A stretch of 64,000 nucleotides of DNA from an uncultured Desulfocurvus sp. (GTDB lineage: Bacteria > Desulfobacterota > Desulfovibrionia > Desulfovibrionales > Desulfovibrionaceae): positions 39,644 to 103,643 of the forward strand of contig CAYUOW010000001.1 of assembly GCA_964446455.1 (NCBI GenBank). Reading direction: 5' to 3'. The translations under genes and the position numbers were made by a program. How positions within the stretch are numbered: the stretch's first letter is position 1; each line of letters opens with the position of its first letter. Of the stretch, positions 39,011-48,302 are shown one piece after another. The notes under the pieces were generated by a model, which had not been told where the DNA came from, did not search any database, and was given only the letters and a program-made list of their open reading frames with translations.

Positions 39011-39457
39011 CTAAGGCCCGTAGGTGGTCACTGTGGTTGGAGTCAGCGCCGGACAGACCGACCGTGCGGCGTTGAAGGCGTCCTGCTCCAGAATGATCAT
39101 GATGCCGACCGTTCCTTCTCCATGTGAGTCGCATTCTGGCACGTCATTCCGCAATGGCTTGCCGTTTGCGGTAATCGTCAGCTTAGTGCGGTCATAACCA
39201 CTGCCATCTCTGCGGATGAAGAAAGACCGCGACGCCTTGACGAGCTTACTGAATTCTTCAACTGCACTTTGTTTGAGTTCGAAATATACGGTATTGAATG
39301 TGCTGGGATATAATTCAGAGGTATGTTTTGCGCCGCTGATGCGCGTTATGGATACGCGCTCGACATTTTCGCAGGAAATGTCGAATGACGAATCAGCATT
39401 GGCCGTTGCCGGAAGCAGCAGCAACAGGAAAAAGAAGATATATTGCATGCGCATCAC
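39011..39457 (-). CDS. Secreted protein, paralog 1 (putative cognate immunity)
   Basis: Signal peptide ANA/DS; DISCENV, TANGKPL, EQDAFNAARSVCP. Start overlaps the upstream stop codon; visibly lower GC. Confidence 0.75.
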   Translation of the reverse strand: MMRMQYIFFFLLLLLPATANADSSFDISCENVERVSITRISGAKHTSELYPSTFNTVYFELKQSAVEEFSKLVKASRSFFIRRDGSGYDRTKLTITANGKPLRNDVPECDSHGEGTVGIMIILEQDAFNAARSVCPALTPTTVTTYGP

Positions 39458-39975
39458 CCTCGTACTTTAAACCCGATGGTCGAGCCTTCAAGGCCAAGAT
39501 AGATGAGAAAGAGTTCCCAAGTCATCGGTGTGTCTCCAAATTTTGCGAATTCGAAGGATTTGGGACGTCCTGGTAATAGTTGCCCCGTCAATTGTTCCTT
39601 CGCTTGGTCAACCCGCATCCCCACTCCAGCCGGGAAGGGGCCCAGGTTGAGAAACGTGATGGTGATCTTCTGGCCTGCGAGAAAACTTCCGAAGTAACAG
39701 TCTCCATCCCCTTGCAACGATCCGAAATTAACGACCCTGGGTTTCCACTCTGGCGGGGCAACCCTGCGCGCCTCGCAGGTGCAGTTCGGATGGATCGGGA
39801 CAGGCTTGCGGTCGAACCGCTTCCCTCCCATCGTTTTGCATGTGCGGCAGGCGTTCTTGCCGGGAACGACTTCCCAATATGTGTTTCCGTCAGTGCTGGC
39901 AACGCCTGCCATGTGCTTAGGCAGGCCGTAAATCAACTGGTCGTCGCCGATGTGCTGGACCCCATTGTCACCCAT
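39454..39975 (-). CDS. MuF (phage head morphogenesis)-motif protein with a C-terminal beta-rich putative toxin domain
   Basis: W...ACRTC...G..F...PIHPNCTC matches the MuF C-terminal Cys/His motif. No signal peptide; RBS AAGGAG; lower GC. Confidence 0.68.
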   Translation of the reverse strand: MGDNGVQHIGDDQLIYGLPKHMAGVASTDGNTYWEVVPGKNACRTCKTMGGKRFDRKPVPIHPNCTCEARRVAPPEWKPRVVNFGSLQGDGDCYFGSFLAGQKITITFLNLGPFPAGVGMRVDQAKEQLTGQLLPGRPKSFEFAKFGDTPMTWELFLIYLGLEGSTIGFKVRG

Positions 39976-40036
39976 GGTTGTGTTCTCCTTGTGCAGGGTT
40001 GCGGGTGTTCCCGGCTGGTGCCGGAAATTGCCGCAG

Positions 40037-40053
40037 AGCATAGCACGGGTTTT
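40037..40053 (-). promoter_or_regulatory. Extended -10 promoter of the MuF-motif cassette
   Basis: Minus strand AAAACCCGTGCTATGCT; 13/14 identical to 26510-26523. Confidence 0.5.
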
Positions 40054-40141
40054 GAGAGGCCAGCTGTAAGGGGATGAGAATGGGCAAGACAGGGCAAAAC
40101 CGGCAGGAAAAAGGCGTGCGGAAAACCCTTGACGGGTTTTG

Positions 40142-40177
40142 AAAAAAGGCCGGAGCCCTTGCGGACCCCGGCCTTTT
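40142..40177. terminator. Bidirectional terminator after rnb
   Basis: AAAAAA-GGCCGGAGCCC-TTGC-GGACCCCGGCC-TTTT. Confidence 0.75.
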
Positions 40178-40203
40178 GCCTTCATTACGCCAGCGCGTGG
40201 AAG

Positions 40204-42336
40204 CTACTCCGCCTCCCGCGCCTCCACCACCTTCAGCTCGTTTGTCAGCGCGTCGATGCGCCCGAAGAACAGGTCGAAGCGCATGCCCGGCTGCACGCGG
40301 TCGCCCAGCATATTGCGCGGCACGCGCGTGGTGATCTGCAAGTCCGGCAGCGACAGGGTGGGGTAGGGCCCGGCGTCGTCCACCACCACGGCCGGGAAGG
40401 GCTCGCGCTTGTGCTGGGAAAGGTACACCAGCTTCCAGTACCGCGGGCGGAAGCGCTGCACCTGGCCCACCTCCTGCGTGCGGGCCGAAAGGTGCGGGAT
40501 GATGGCCTCCAGGCCCGCGCGGTCCAGCCTGGGCGCCCCGGTTTCAAGATAGCTCTGCACCTGGGCCATGTTCAGAAAATCCACATAGCGCCGGATGGGC
40601 GAAGTGAGGGTGGCGTAAGCCTCGCAGGCCAGCGCCGCGTGCTTGCGCGGCTGGCACTCCAGCGCGGGCGGGGCGAGCAGCTTCACCACGCGGAAGATGT
40701 CCACCGCGTCGGTGAACACGCCCGTGGCCTCCTTGGGCAGGGCGATGTCCTGGGTGCGGCACAGGAGCGGCACGCCGTGCTCCCGCGCCCACAGGGCCAC
40801 GCCGCTGTTGGCCAGGATCATGAACTCGCTGACGAGCAGCTCCGCGTCCGGGCTGGTCTCGCGCAGGGCGATGTCCACCGTGACGTTGGCCGGGTCGCCC
40901 GCAAGCACCACCTGCGGTTCGGGCTTGTCGATGACCACGGCTCCGCGTTCCAGGCGGCGGGCGAAGAGCTCGCGGGCCACGCGCATGGCCAGGGAAAGCT
41001 GCGGGTCCGTATCGGCGTCGATGGCGCTTTGGGCGTCCGGGTAGGCGATGTTCCGGGCGATTTTGACCCAGGAGAGCCGGGGCCGGGTGTCCACGATCTC
41101 GGCGCGCTGGTTCAGCAGGAACTCGGCCACCAGGGCGGGCTTGGGGCCGTCGGCCGTCAGGCTGTAGAGCCCGGTGCCCAGCCCCTCGGGCATCATGTGG
41201 CCGCTGCCTTCGGGCAGGTACAGGCTGGTGGCGCGGGAGAACACCTCGCGGTCGAGCCCCGAGCCGAAGTCCCAGGTCACGCCCGGCCGGGCCAGGGTGA
41301 CGCAGCAGGAGTACCCGGCGCCGCCATCGGGCAGGGTGGCCTCGGCCACGAAAAAGGCGTCGTCGATGTCGCGCGTGGTGGCCGCGTCGATGCTGACGTA
41401 GGGCGTGGGGTCCACCTGCGCGCCGGCGGCAAGGGTGGCGAAGCGGGCCTTCTGCTCCGCGATCTCGTCCGCGAAGTCGTGCGACCAGTCGTCGCCCCAG
41501 GCGTAGCCCACTTCGTCGAGCATATGGTTGTGGTGCGGCGGCAAGACGCCCCAGGCCTGGGCCAGCTGCAGGGCCAGGTGCGGGGCTTCGCCCTTGATGG
41601 GCAGGGGCTTCTTGAGATTCTCCCACAGCTTGGCCAGGGCGTCGTATTCGCCGCCCGGACCGCCAGTGGTCTTCTTGGCCACCTGGGCCAGCAGCATGGC
41701 GCGCAGGCGGGCCTCCACCTCCGGGTCCATGCCCTCGGCCTCGCGCAGCACCATGTGCGGGGAAAGCGGCGGCTGGCCGCTCTTGATGCGCGCCCACAGG
41801 GCGGAGAACACCGCGTGCCCGGCGCTGGCCACGGCCTCGCGGTCCTTGTCCTCCTGCTCGCGCACCAAGCGGGCTTCCACCTTGTCGGCCGGATGGATCT
41901 CGAAATCGGGCGGCTGGAACTTGAAGTGGGCCTTGGCGGCCAGAAGCGCGCGGCCAAGCCCGGCGATCTCGTCCACGCCGGGGTCGGTCCACAGAAGCTG
42001 GGCGAACCACTCGGCCGGGGCCTGGGTCAGCTCGCCCTGGGCCATTTCCCACAGCTCCACGGCGTTCACCCCGGCCATGATCCCGCGCCGCCGGGCCTCG
42101 ATGTCGTCGAGCCTGTGGCCGATTTCCTCGCGGGTGGCACCGGGGGCGAATTCCGGTCCGCTCCAGGGCAGCAGGCGCGCCTCGGGCAGCTTCACCTCGC
42201 GCTTGGTGCGGGTCAAAAGACGCAGGCGGCCGGAGGATTCCTCCAGGACCCAGGCCAGGTGCGCCTCGTTGTCCTGCAGGAACTCCACCACCGCGCCCGG
42301 CCGGAGAAAGCCGGAGAGCTTGAGCGTTTTCGTCAT
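40204..42336 (-). CDS. Ribonuclease II/R (RNB) family exoribonuclease
   Basis: SIDAATTRDIDDAF, RATSLYLP, LVSEFMILAN, TSPIRRYVD. Confidence 0.92.
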   Translation of the reverse strand: MTKTLKLSGFLRPGAVVEFLQDNEAHLAWVLEESSGRLRLLTRTKREVKLPEARLLPWSGPEFAPGATREEIGHRLDDIEARRRGIMAGVNAVELWEMAQGELTQAPAEWFAQLLWTDPGVDEIAGLGRALLAAKAHFKFQPPDFEIHPADKVEARLVREQEDKDREAVASAGHAVFSALWARIKSGQPPLSPHMVLREAEGMDPEVEARLRAMLLAQVAKKTTGGPGGEYDALAKLWENLKKPLPIKGEAPHLALQLAQAWGVLPPHHNHMLDEVGYAWGDDWSHDFADEIAEQKARFATLAAGAQVDPTPYVSIDAATTRDIDDAFFVAEATLPDGGAGYSCCVTLARPGVTWDFGSGLDREVFSRATSLYLPEGSGHMMPEGLGTGLYSLTADGPKPALVAEFLLNQRAEIVDTRPRLSWVKIARNIAYPDAQSAIDADTDPQLSLAMRVARELFARRLERGAVVIDKPEPQVVLAGDPANVTVDIALRETSPDAELLVSEFMILANSGVALWAREHGVPLLCRTQDIALPKEATGVFTDAVDIFRVVKLLAPPALECQPRKHAALACEAYATLTSPIRRYVDFLNMAQVQSYLETGAPRLDRAGLEAIIPHLSARTQEVGQVQRFRPRYWKLVYLSQHKREPFPAVVVDDAGPYPTLSLPDLQITTRVPRNMLGDRVQPGMRFDLFFGRIDALTNELKVVEAREAE

Positions 42337-42342
42337 GGAGGC

Positions 42343-43617
42343 CTAGTGTTTAAAGGAGCGCTGGCCGGTGAAGACCATGGCCGCCTGGGGCGTGGCCTCG
42401 TTCACCGCGCGGATGACCTCGAAGTCGCGCATGGAGCCGCCGGGCTGGGCGATGGCGGTGACGCCCTGGGCCAAGCACAGGTCCACGCCGTCGCGGAAGG
42501 GGAAGAAGCCGTCGGAGACCAGCACCGAGCCAGGCAGGCCGCCGCGCGCCTCGTCCGCGCGCCTGCGGATGTCGGCCAGGGCCGAAGCCTTGGCTTCGTC
42601 CGTCCGTGCGGCGAGCATGAGCTCGAAGATGCTCATGTTCTGCTCCTTGAACGAGAGCAGATCCGCGTACTTGGTGCGCGCCTTGGCGATGGTCAGATCC
42701 ACGCAGCCCACGCGGTCCTGCTCGCCGGTGCCGATGGCCGTGGTCACGCCGTCGCGCACGAAGATGACCGAGTTGGAGCTGACGCCCGCCTCGATGGACC
42801 AGGCGAAGATCAGGTCCTGCATCTCCTGCGCGCTGGGCTTGCGCGCGGCATAGCTCACGCCGTCCTTTTCCGCCGTGGCGGGCAGGAAGTCGGCCTCGCT
42901 GCGGATGCGGCTCTGGAACGAGCTCTGCAACACCAGGCCGCCGTCGAACAGGGCCTTGATGTCCAGGAAGGGCGACTTGGCCAGCTCGTCGAGCCTTGCG
43001 ATGCCGGGGATCTTGAGGATGCGCAGGTTCTTGCGCGCTTTCAGGATGTCCACCACGCCGGGTTCGAATTCCGGCGCGGCCACCACCTCGAAGTAGAAGG
43101 AGTTGATGAGCTCGGCGGCTTCCTTGGTCAGCGGGCGGTTGACCACGATGGCTCCGCCGAAGGCGGCGATGCGGTCGGCCCAGAAGGCGCGGGAAACGGC
43201 CTCGGCGATGCCAAGGTCGGTCCAGGCCGCGCCGCAGGGATTGTTGTGCTTGAGGATGACGGCGGCCGGACGCGCGCTGAGGTACTGCAAAATATTGAGC
43301 GCGTTGTCCACGTCGGTCAGGTTGGTCTTGCCCGGATGCTTGCCCGCCTGGAGCATGTGCTCTTCGGTCAGCGCGGAAACAAGGCCCTGGCCGGGACCGC
43401 GGAAGGCCACGCCGTCCAGGATCAGCTCGCCGCCGACCTGTTCGTAGAGCGCCGCGGGCTGGTCGGGGTTTTCGCCATAGCGCAGGCCGCGCACCTCGCC
43501 GCCGATGTTCCAGGTGCGCTTCTTGTAGACCAGTTCCTGGTTGCCCAGGGTGATGCGCAGGTCTTCGGGAAAGCTGTCACCCAACAGGGTGGTGTACATC
43601 TTCTTGAGGTCGCTCAT
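42343..43617 (-). CDS. purH: PurH-like AICAR transformylase-domain protein (no N-terminal MGS/IMPCH domain)
   Basis: LRYGENPDQ, KHNNPCG, AFGG, SNS, SDGFFPFRDG, QPGGSMRD, R.FKH. Confidence 0.82.
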   Translation of the reverse strand: MSDLKKMYTTLLGDSFPEDLRITLGNQELVYKKRTWNIGGEVRGLRYGENPDQPAALYEQVGGELILDGVAFRGPGQGLVSALTEEHMLQAGKHPGKTNLTDVDNALNILQYLSARPAAVILKHNNPCGAAWTDLGIAEAVSRAFWADRIAAFGGAIVVNRPLTKEAAELINSFYFEVVAAPEFEPGVVDILKARKNLRILKIPGIARLDELAKSPFLDIKALFDGGLVLQSSFQSRIRSEADFLPATAEKDGVSYAARKPSAQEMQDLIFAWSIEAGVSSNSVIFVRDGVTTAIGTGEQDRVGCVDLTIAKARTKYADLLSFKEQNMSIFELMLAARTDEAKASALADIRRRADEARGGLPGSVLVSDGFFPFRDGVDLCLAQGVTAIAQPGGSMRDFEVIRAVNEATPQAAMVFTGQRSFKH

Positions 43618-43768
43618 GGCCTTGTCCCCTTCATTATTATGATGATCGCGTGCGGAGAGTTCCTAGCACAGCCGCTTGCGGCGGGCAAATTTGAATTGGC
43701 GGCCGGGCCGGTTTCTGGTAGTCAGCGGCACATGCGCCGTTTCCCGGCGCTCCCGGAGGTCTCCCCGA

Positions 43769-44212
43769 ATGCCCGAATCGTACCTGGAAAACGCCCTGCT
43801 CAAGCTGTCCCGCCAGTTGGTGGCCTTTGACGAGGCTTCGCTCATGGACCTGTGGGAGCGCTACGCCGAGGCCGTGCGCCAGTTCGAGCCCACGCGGCGC
43901 TGGGAAGAGGCGGCCCTGGTCTTCGGCCTCATCCAGGCCGTGCGCATGAAGAACCAGCTGTTCAACTACAACCTCGCGGCCTCGCGCCAGCCGGGCGCCC
44001 CGGCGCCGGGACTCGAGATGCTCGACCTGACCGCGCCCCAGCCGGCGACCAACCAGGCCGGACAACGCCAGGCCGGCCAGAGCGGGGCTTCCGGTCAGGG
44101 TGCGGACCGCGCCGCAGACAGGACTGGGGGCAAGGCCCCGGGCAAACCGTCAGTTCGCCAGGGCAAGCCGAAGGCTGGAAAACTCATTCCCCTGCGTCGA
44201 AGCGAGGACTAG
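43769..44212 (+). CDS. Conserved hypothetical protein
   Basis: RBS GGAGG; helical N-domain (LENALLKLSRQLVAFDEASL...KNQLFN) and a low-complexity tail. Confidence 0.72.
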   Translation: MPESYLENALLKLSRQLVAFDEASLMDLWERYAEAVRQFEPTRRWEEAALVFGLIQAVRMKNQLFNYNLAASRQPGAPAPGLEMLDLTAPQPATNQAGQRQAGQSGASGQGADRAADRTGGKAPGKPSVRQGKPKAGKLIPLRRSED

Positions 44213-45508
44213 TCCCTTGATGGCGAAGGTGAAGTAGCGCACCTTGTCCACGAAATCCACGGCCTCGCCGCCTCGGCACAGGCCGTAGCGCGTCTGCTGC
44301 GCCACGGAAAGCTCCGCCAGTTTCGGCAGGGCCTGGCGCACCCCCAGCCACGAGGGCAGCGTCTGCCCGTCCCCGCGCATCAGGTCGATGGCGTCCTGCA
44401 CGTGCCCCTGGCCCACATTGAAGGCGGCCAGGGCGAGCAGCATGGCGTCGTCCTCGTTGTAGCCCATCTGCGTGAACTGCGTGCGCAGCATGTCCAGGTA
44501 GCGCGCTCCGGCGTTTATCACCTCGGCCGAGTCCTCCGGGTTCTTCACGCCCAGTTCCTCAAGGGTGGCGCCGGTCATCTGCATCAGTCCACGCACGCCC
44601 GTGGCGCTCACCGCGGCCGGGTCGAAGCGCGACTCCTGGTGGATCACCGCCGTGAGCAGGAAGGGGTCCAGCCGCCATTTGCGCGCCGCCCGCTCGATGG
44701 CCCTGTGGTGCGCGGGCATGTGCAGGGCCACGGCCTTGCGCAGCAGCTCCATTTCAAAGGGGTCCGGGTCCTCCGGGAAGAAGCCCAGGGTGCGTTCGCG
44801 CAGGGCGGCCAGGCTGCCGTCGGCCATGAGCTGCTTCCAGAAGCTGTTCATGGCCTTGTCCAGCCGGGGCACGTCGGTGCGCCACACGAAGCGGTAGGAG
44901 GCTTCGTGCTGGGTGGGCGCGGTGTCGCGCACCTCGGACACGAAGGGCAGCAGCAGCAGCAGGGCGTCCAGAGGCAGGGCAGGGGCCTGGCGTGGACTTA
45001 AAGAGAAGGAGGCCGCCACGCGCAGAAGCTCGTCCAGCGCGCCGGAAGTGCTCTCCGGCGGGGTGTAGCCCTCCTCCCAGTCCACGGCGTAGATCCGTTG
45101 CCGGTCATATTCCGGTCCGTAGGCGATTTTTGAATACTTCCGTGCGTTCTTGGCTTCGCGGGCGCTCACTCCCAGGGGGGCCACGCCGAGGGCCAGGCCG
45201 ATCTGGGCCTTGCCCGCCTCGACCATCTCCAGGGTCTCCTCCGGGGTGTCGGTGAAGACAAAGGAAAGATTCACGCCGTGCTCGCGTGCGAAACGCTCAA
45301 GCAAAGACTTCTCGAAACTCATGGAGGCGTCGGCCGTGATGCGCGTTTGGCGCGGCGCGGCCACCACCAGGCTCTTGGGCATGGGGAGAGTGAGTGTGTG
45401 ATGCACCACGAGCCCGGCCAGCGCAGCCGTGAGCACGCCCAGGATCAGGCGTTCGCGCCCGAAACCCTGGCGGGCTCTCGCTGTCTTGTCCGGGGGGGTT
45501 GTTGACAT
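44150..45508 (-). CDS. MltF-like lytic transglycosylase (SBP plus SLT domain)
   Basis: TM anchor; QESRFDP.AVS.TG.RGLMQ, GARYL, AFNVGQGHV, RGGEA..FV. Confidence 0.85.
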   Translation of the reverse strand: MSTTPPDKTARARQGFGRERLILGVLTAALAGLVVHHTLTLPMPKSLVVAAPRQTRITADASMSFEKSLLERFAREHGVNLSFVFTDTPEETLEMVEAGKAQIGLALGVAPLGVSAREAKNARKYSKIAYGPEYDRQRIYAVDWEEGYTPPESTSGALDELLRVAASFSLSPRQAPALPLDALLLLLPFVSEVRDTAPTQHEASYRFVWRTDVPRLDKAMNSFWKQLMADGSLAALRERTLGFFPEDPDPFEMELLRKAVALHMPAHHRAIERAARKWRLDPFLLTAVIHQESRFDPAAVSATGVRGLMQMTGATLEELGVKNPEDSAEVINAGARYLDMLRTQFTQMGYNEDDAMLLALAAFNVGQGHVQDAIDLMRGDGQTLPSWLGVRQALPKLAELSVAQQTRYGLCRGGEAVDFVDKVRYFTFAIKGLVLASTQGNEFSSLRLALAN

Positions 45509-45584
45509 GTGCTGAATCCTCTTTTACGCAATTGTGCCGCTTGCCGCAAATACGGCGTCCGTGTGGACGGGCAAGTAGTCATAA

Positions 45585-46877
<1,293 letters not shown>

Positions 46878-46896
46878 ACCCCGCAAGGAAACACCC

Positions 46897-47835
46897 ATGG
46901 CCAGCCCCGCGCCCTCCGGCAAGGACGGCCAAAACTCCGCCCAGAATCCCGTCCGGCCGCCGCTTCCAGCGGTGGCCGGGCAGGTGCTGGAGCGCATGCG
47001 CACCCTGGCCGCCCGCCCGCCCCAGAGCCTCGTCATGGAGGGCGGCAACGCGTCCGACCGCATGGCCGCGGCCCTGGCCTGGGCCAAGACCCTGAACTGC
47101 CCCGAACGGGCCGGAGGGGGCTGCGGAACCTGCGCCGTGTGCCGGCAGATCGACGAGCGCGCCTTCCGCGACCTCATCGTGGTGGACAAGCAGTTTTTCG
47201 AGGAAGCCAAGCAGGAGGGCGTTTCCGGCACCGACGCCATGCGCCGCCTCTTGCCGGTGTGGGGGCAGCCGCCCCACGACGCGGGCAGCCGCGCGACCAT
47301 CTTCGCCGAAGCCCAGGATCTGCACCTCGCCGTGGCCAACCTGCTCTTGAAGACCCTGGAGGAGCCCCGGCCGGGCAACGTGTTCGTGCTTTTGGCCCCC
47401 CAGCGTGAGCGCCTGCTGCAGACCCTCGTCTCGCGCAGCTTCGTGCTCACCCTGCCTTGGCCCGAGGCCAAGGCCCCGGAGCCCGACGCGGCCGAGTGGA
47501 TCGCCGCGCTGCTGAATTTCTGGGATTCCGGCCAGGGCTGGTTCGAACGCACGGGCACCAAGGGTGCGGCGGACCGCTCCCTGGCCCTGCGCATCCTTTC
47601 CGGCCTGGCCCTGGAATTGGCGGCCGCCCTTGCCGGGCGCGACACCCCGGTGGCCCGGCGCCTCGTCCGCCTGGGTCCCGCCGGTCTGCGCCGGCTGGAT
47701 CTGGTGCTGGCCCAGGCCCAGGAGGCCCTCACCCAGCCCACGGCCCCGGTGGCCCTGGTGCTCGACTGGGTGGCCAGCGCCGTGATCCCCAAGCCCGCCA
47801 AGTCCTCCCCCGGGGCCCGCGCCCCGCGCACCTAG
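46897..47835 (+). CDS. holB: DNA polymerase III delta' subunit-like
   Basis: Zn finger LNC...CGTCAVC, ANLLLKTLEEP, LLQTLVSR. Confidence 0.8.
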   Translation: MASPAPSGKDGQNSAQNPVRPPLPAVAGQVLERMRTLAARPPQSLVMEGGNASDRMAAALAWAKTLNCPERAGGGCGTCAVCRQIDERAFRDLIVVDKQFFEEAKQEGVSGTDAMRRLLPVWGQPPHDAGSRATIFAEAQDLHLAVANLLLKTLEEPRPGNVFVLLAPQRERLLQTLVSRSFVLTLPWPEAKAPEPDAAEWIAALLNFWDSGQGWFERTGTKGAADRSLALRILSGLALELAAALAGRDTPVARRLVRLGPAGLRRLDLVLAQAQEALTQPTAPVALVLDWVASAVIPKPAKSSPGARAPRT

Positions 47836-47849
47836 AATTCCCCGGACGC

Positions 47850-47882
47850 AAAAAAAGCGCCGCCGGCCAAAGCCAGCGGCGC
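47850..47882 (-). terminator. Terminator after the small acidic protein gene
   Basis: A7-GCGCCGCCGGC-CAAA-GCCAGCGGCGC. Confidence 0.65.
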
Positions 47883-47968
47883 CTGCTGAAATCAGATCGG
47901 TTCCGGGAGCCTTCAGGGCTGGTCGCCGCCCTGTCCGCCATCCCGGCTCGTCGTCCTAACTCGCCGCC

Positions 47969-48181
47969 CTATTCGTCGTCGTCCCGGTCGTCGGCGTCGT
48001 CATCCTCGTCGTCGGTCTTGTCCTCGTCCTCGAGCAGGATGTCCTCGATCTCTCCGGCCAGGTCGTCCAGGCGGGTGCCGAAGGCGTCGAAGTCGGCGGA
48101 CTCCTCGCTCTCCAGGTCGGAGAACACTTCGCGGATGAGGGTCGCGGCCCGGTCCAGCTTCTTTCTGTAGGCGTTCTTCAT
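47969..48181 (-). CDS. Small highly acidic protein (70 aa)
   Basis: RBS GGAGG; D/E-rich tail; followed by a terminator. Confidence 0.65.
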   Translation of the reverse strand: MKNAYRKKLDRAATLIREVFSDLESEESADFDAFGTRLDDLAGEIEDILLEDEDKTDDEDDDADDRDDDE

Positions 48182-48302
48182 TGTCGTTCCTCCGAAGTGC
48201 AGCGTTGTCTCAAACGGCGTTTTCCGCGCCGTGCCGCGCGTGGTTTTCCGGCCGCGCTCGGACCCCCTACCCGGAGCCGGGCCTCTTGTCCAGCCGCCTG
48301 CG

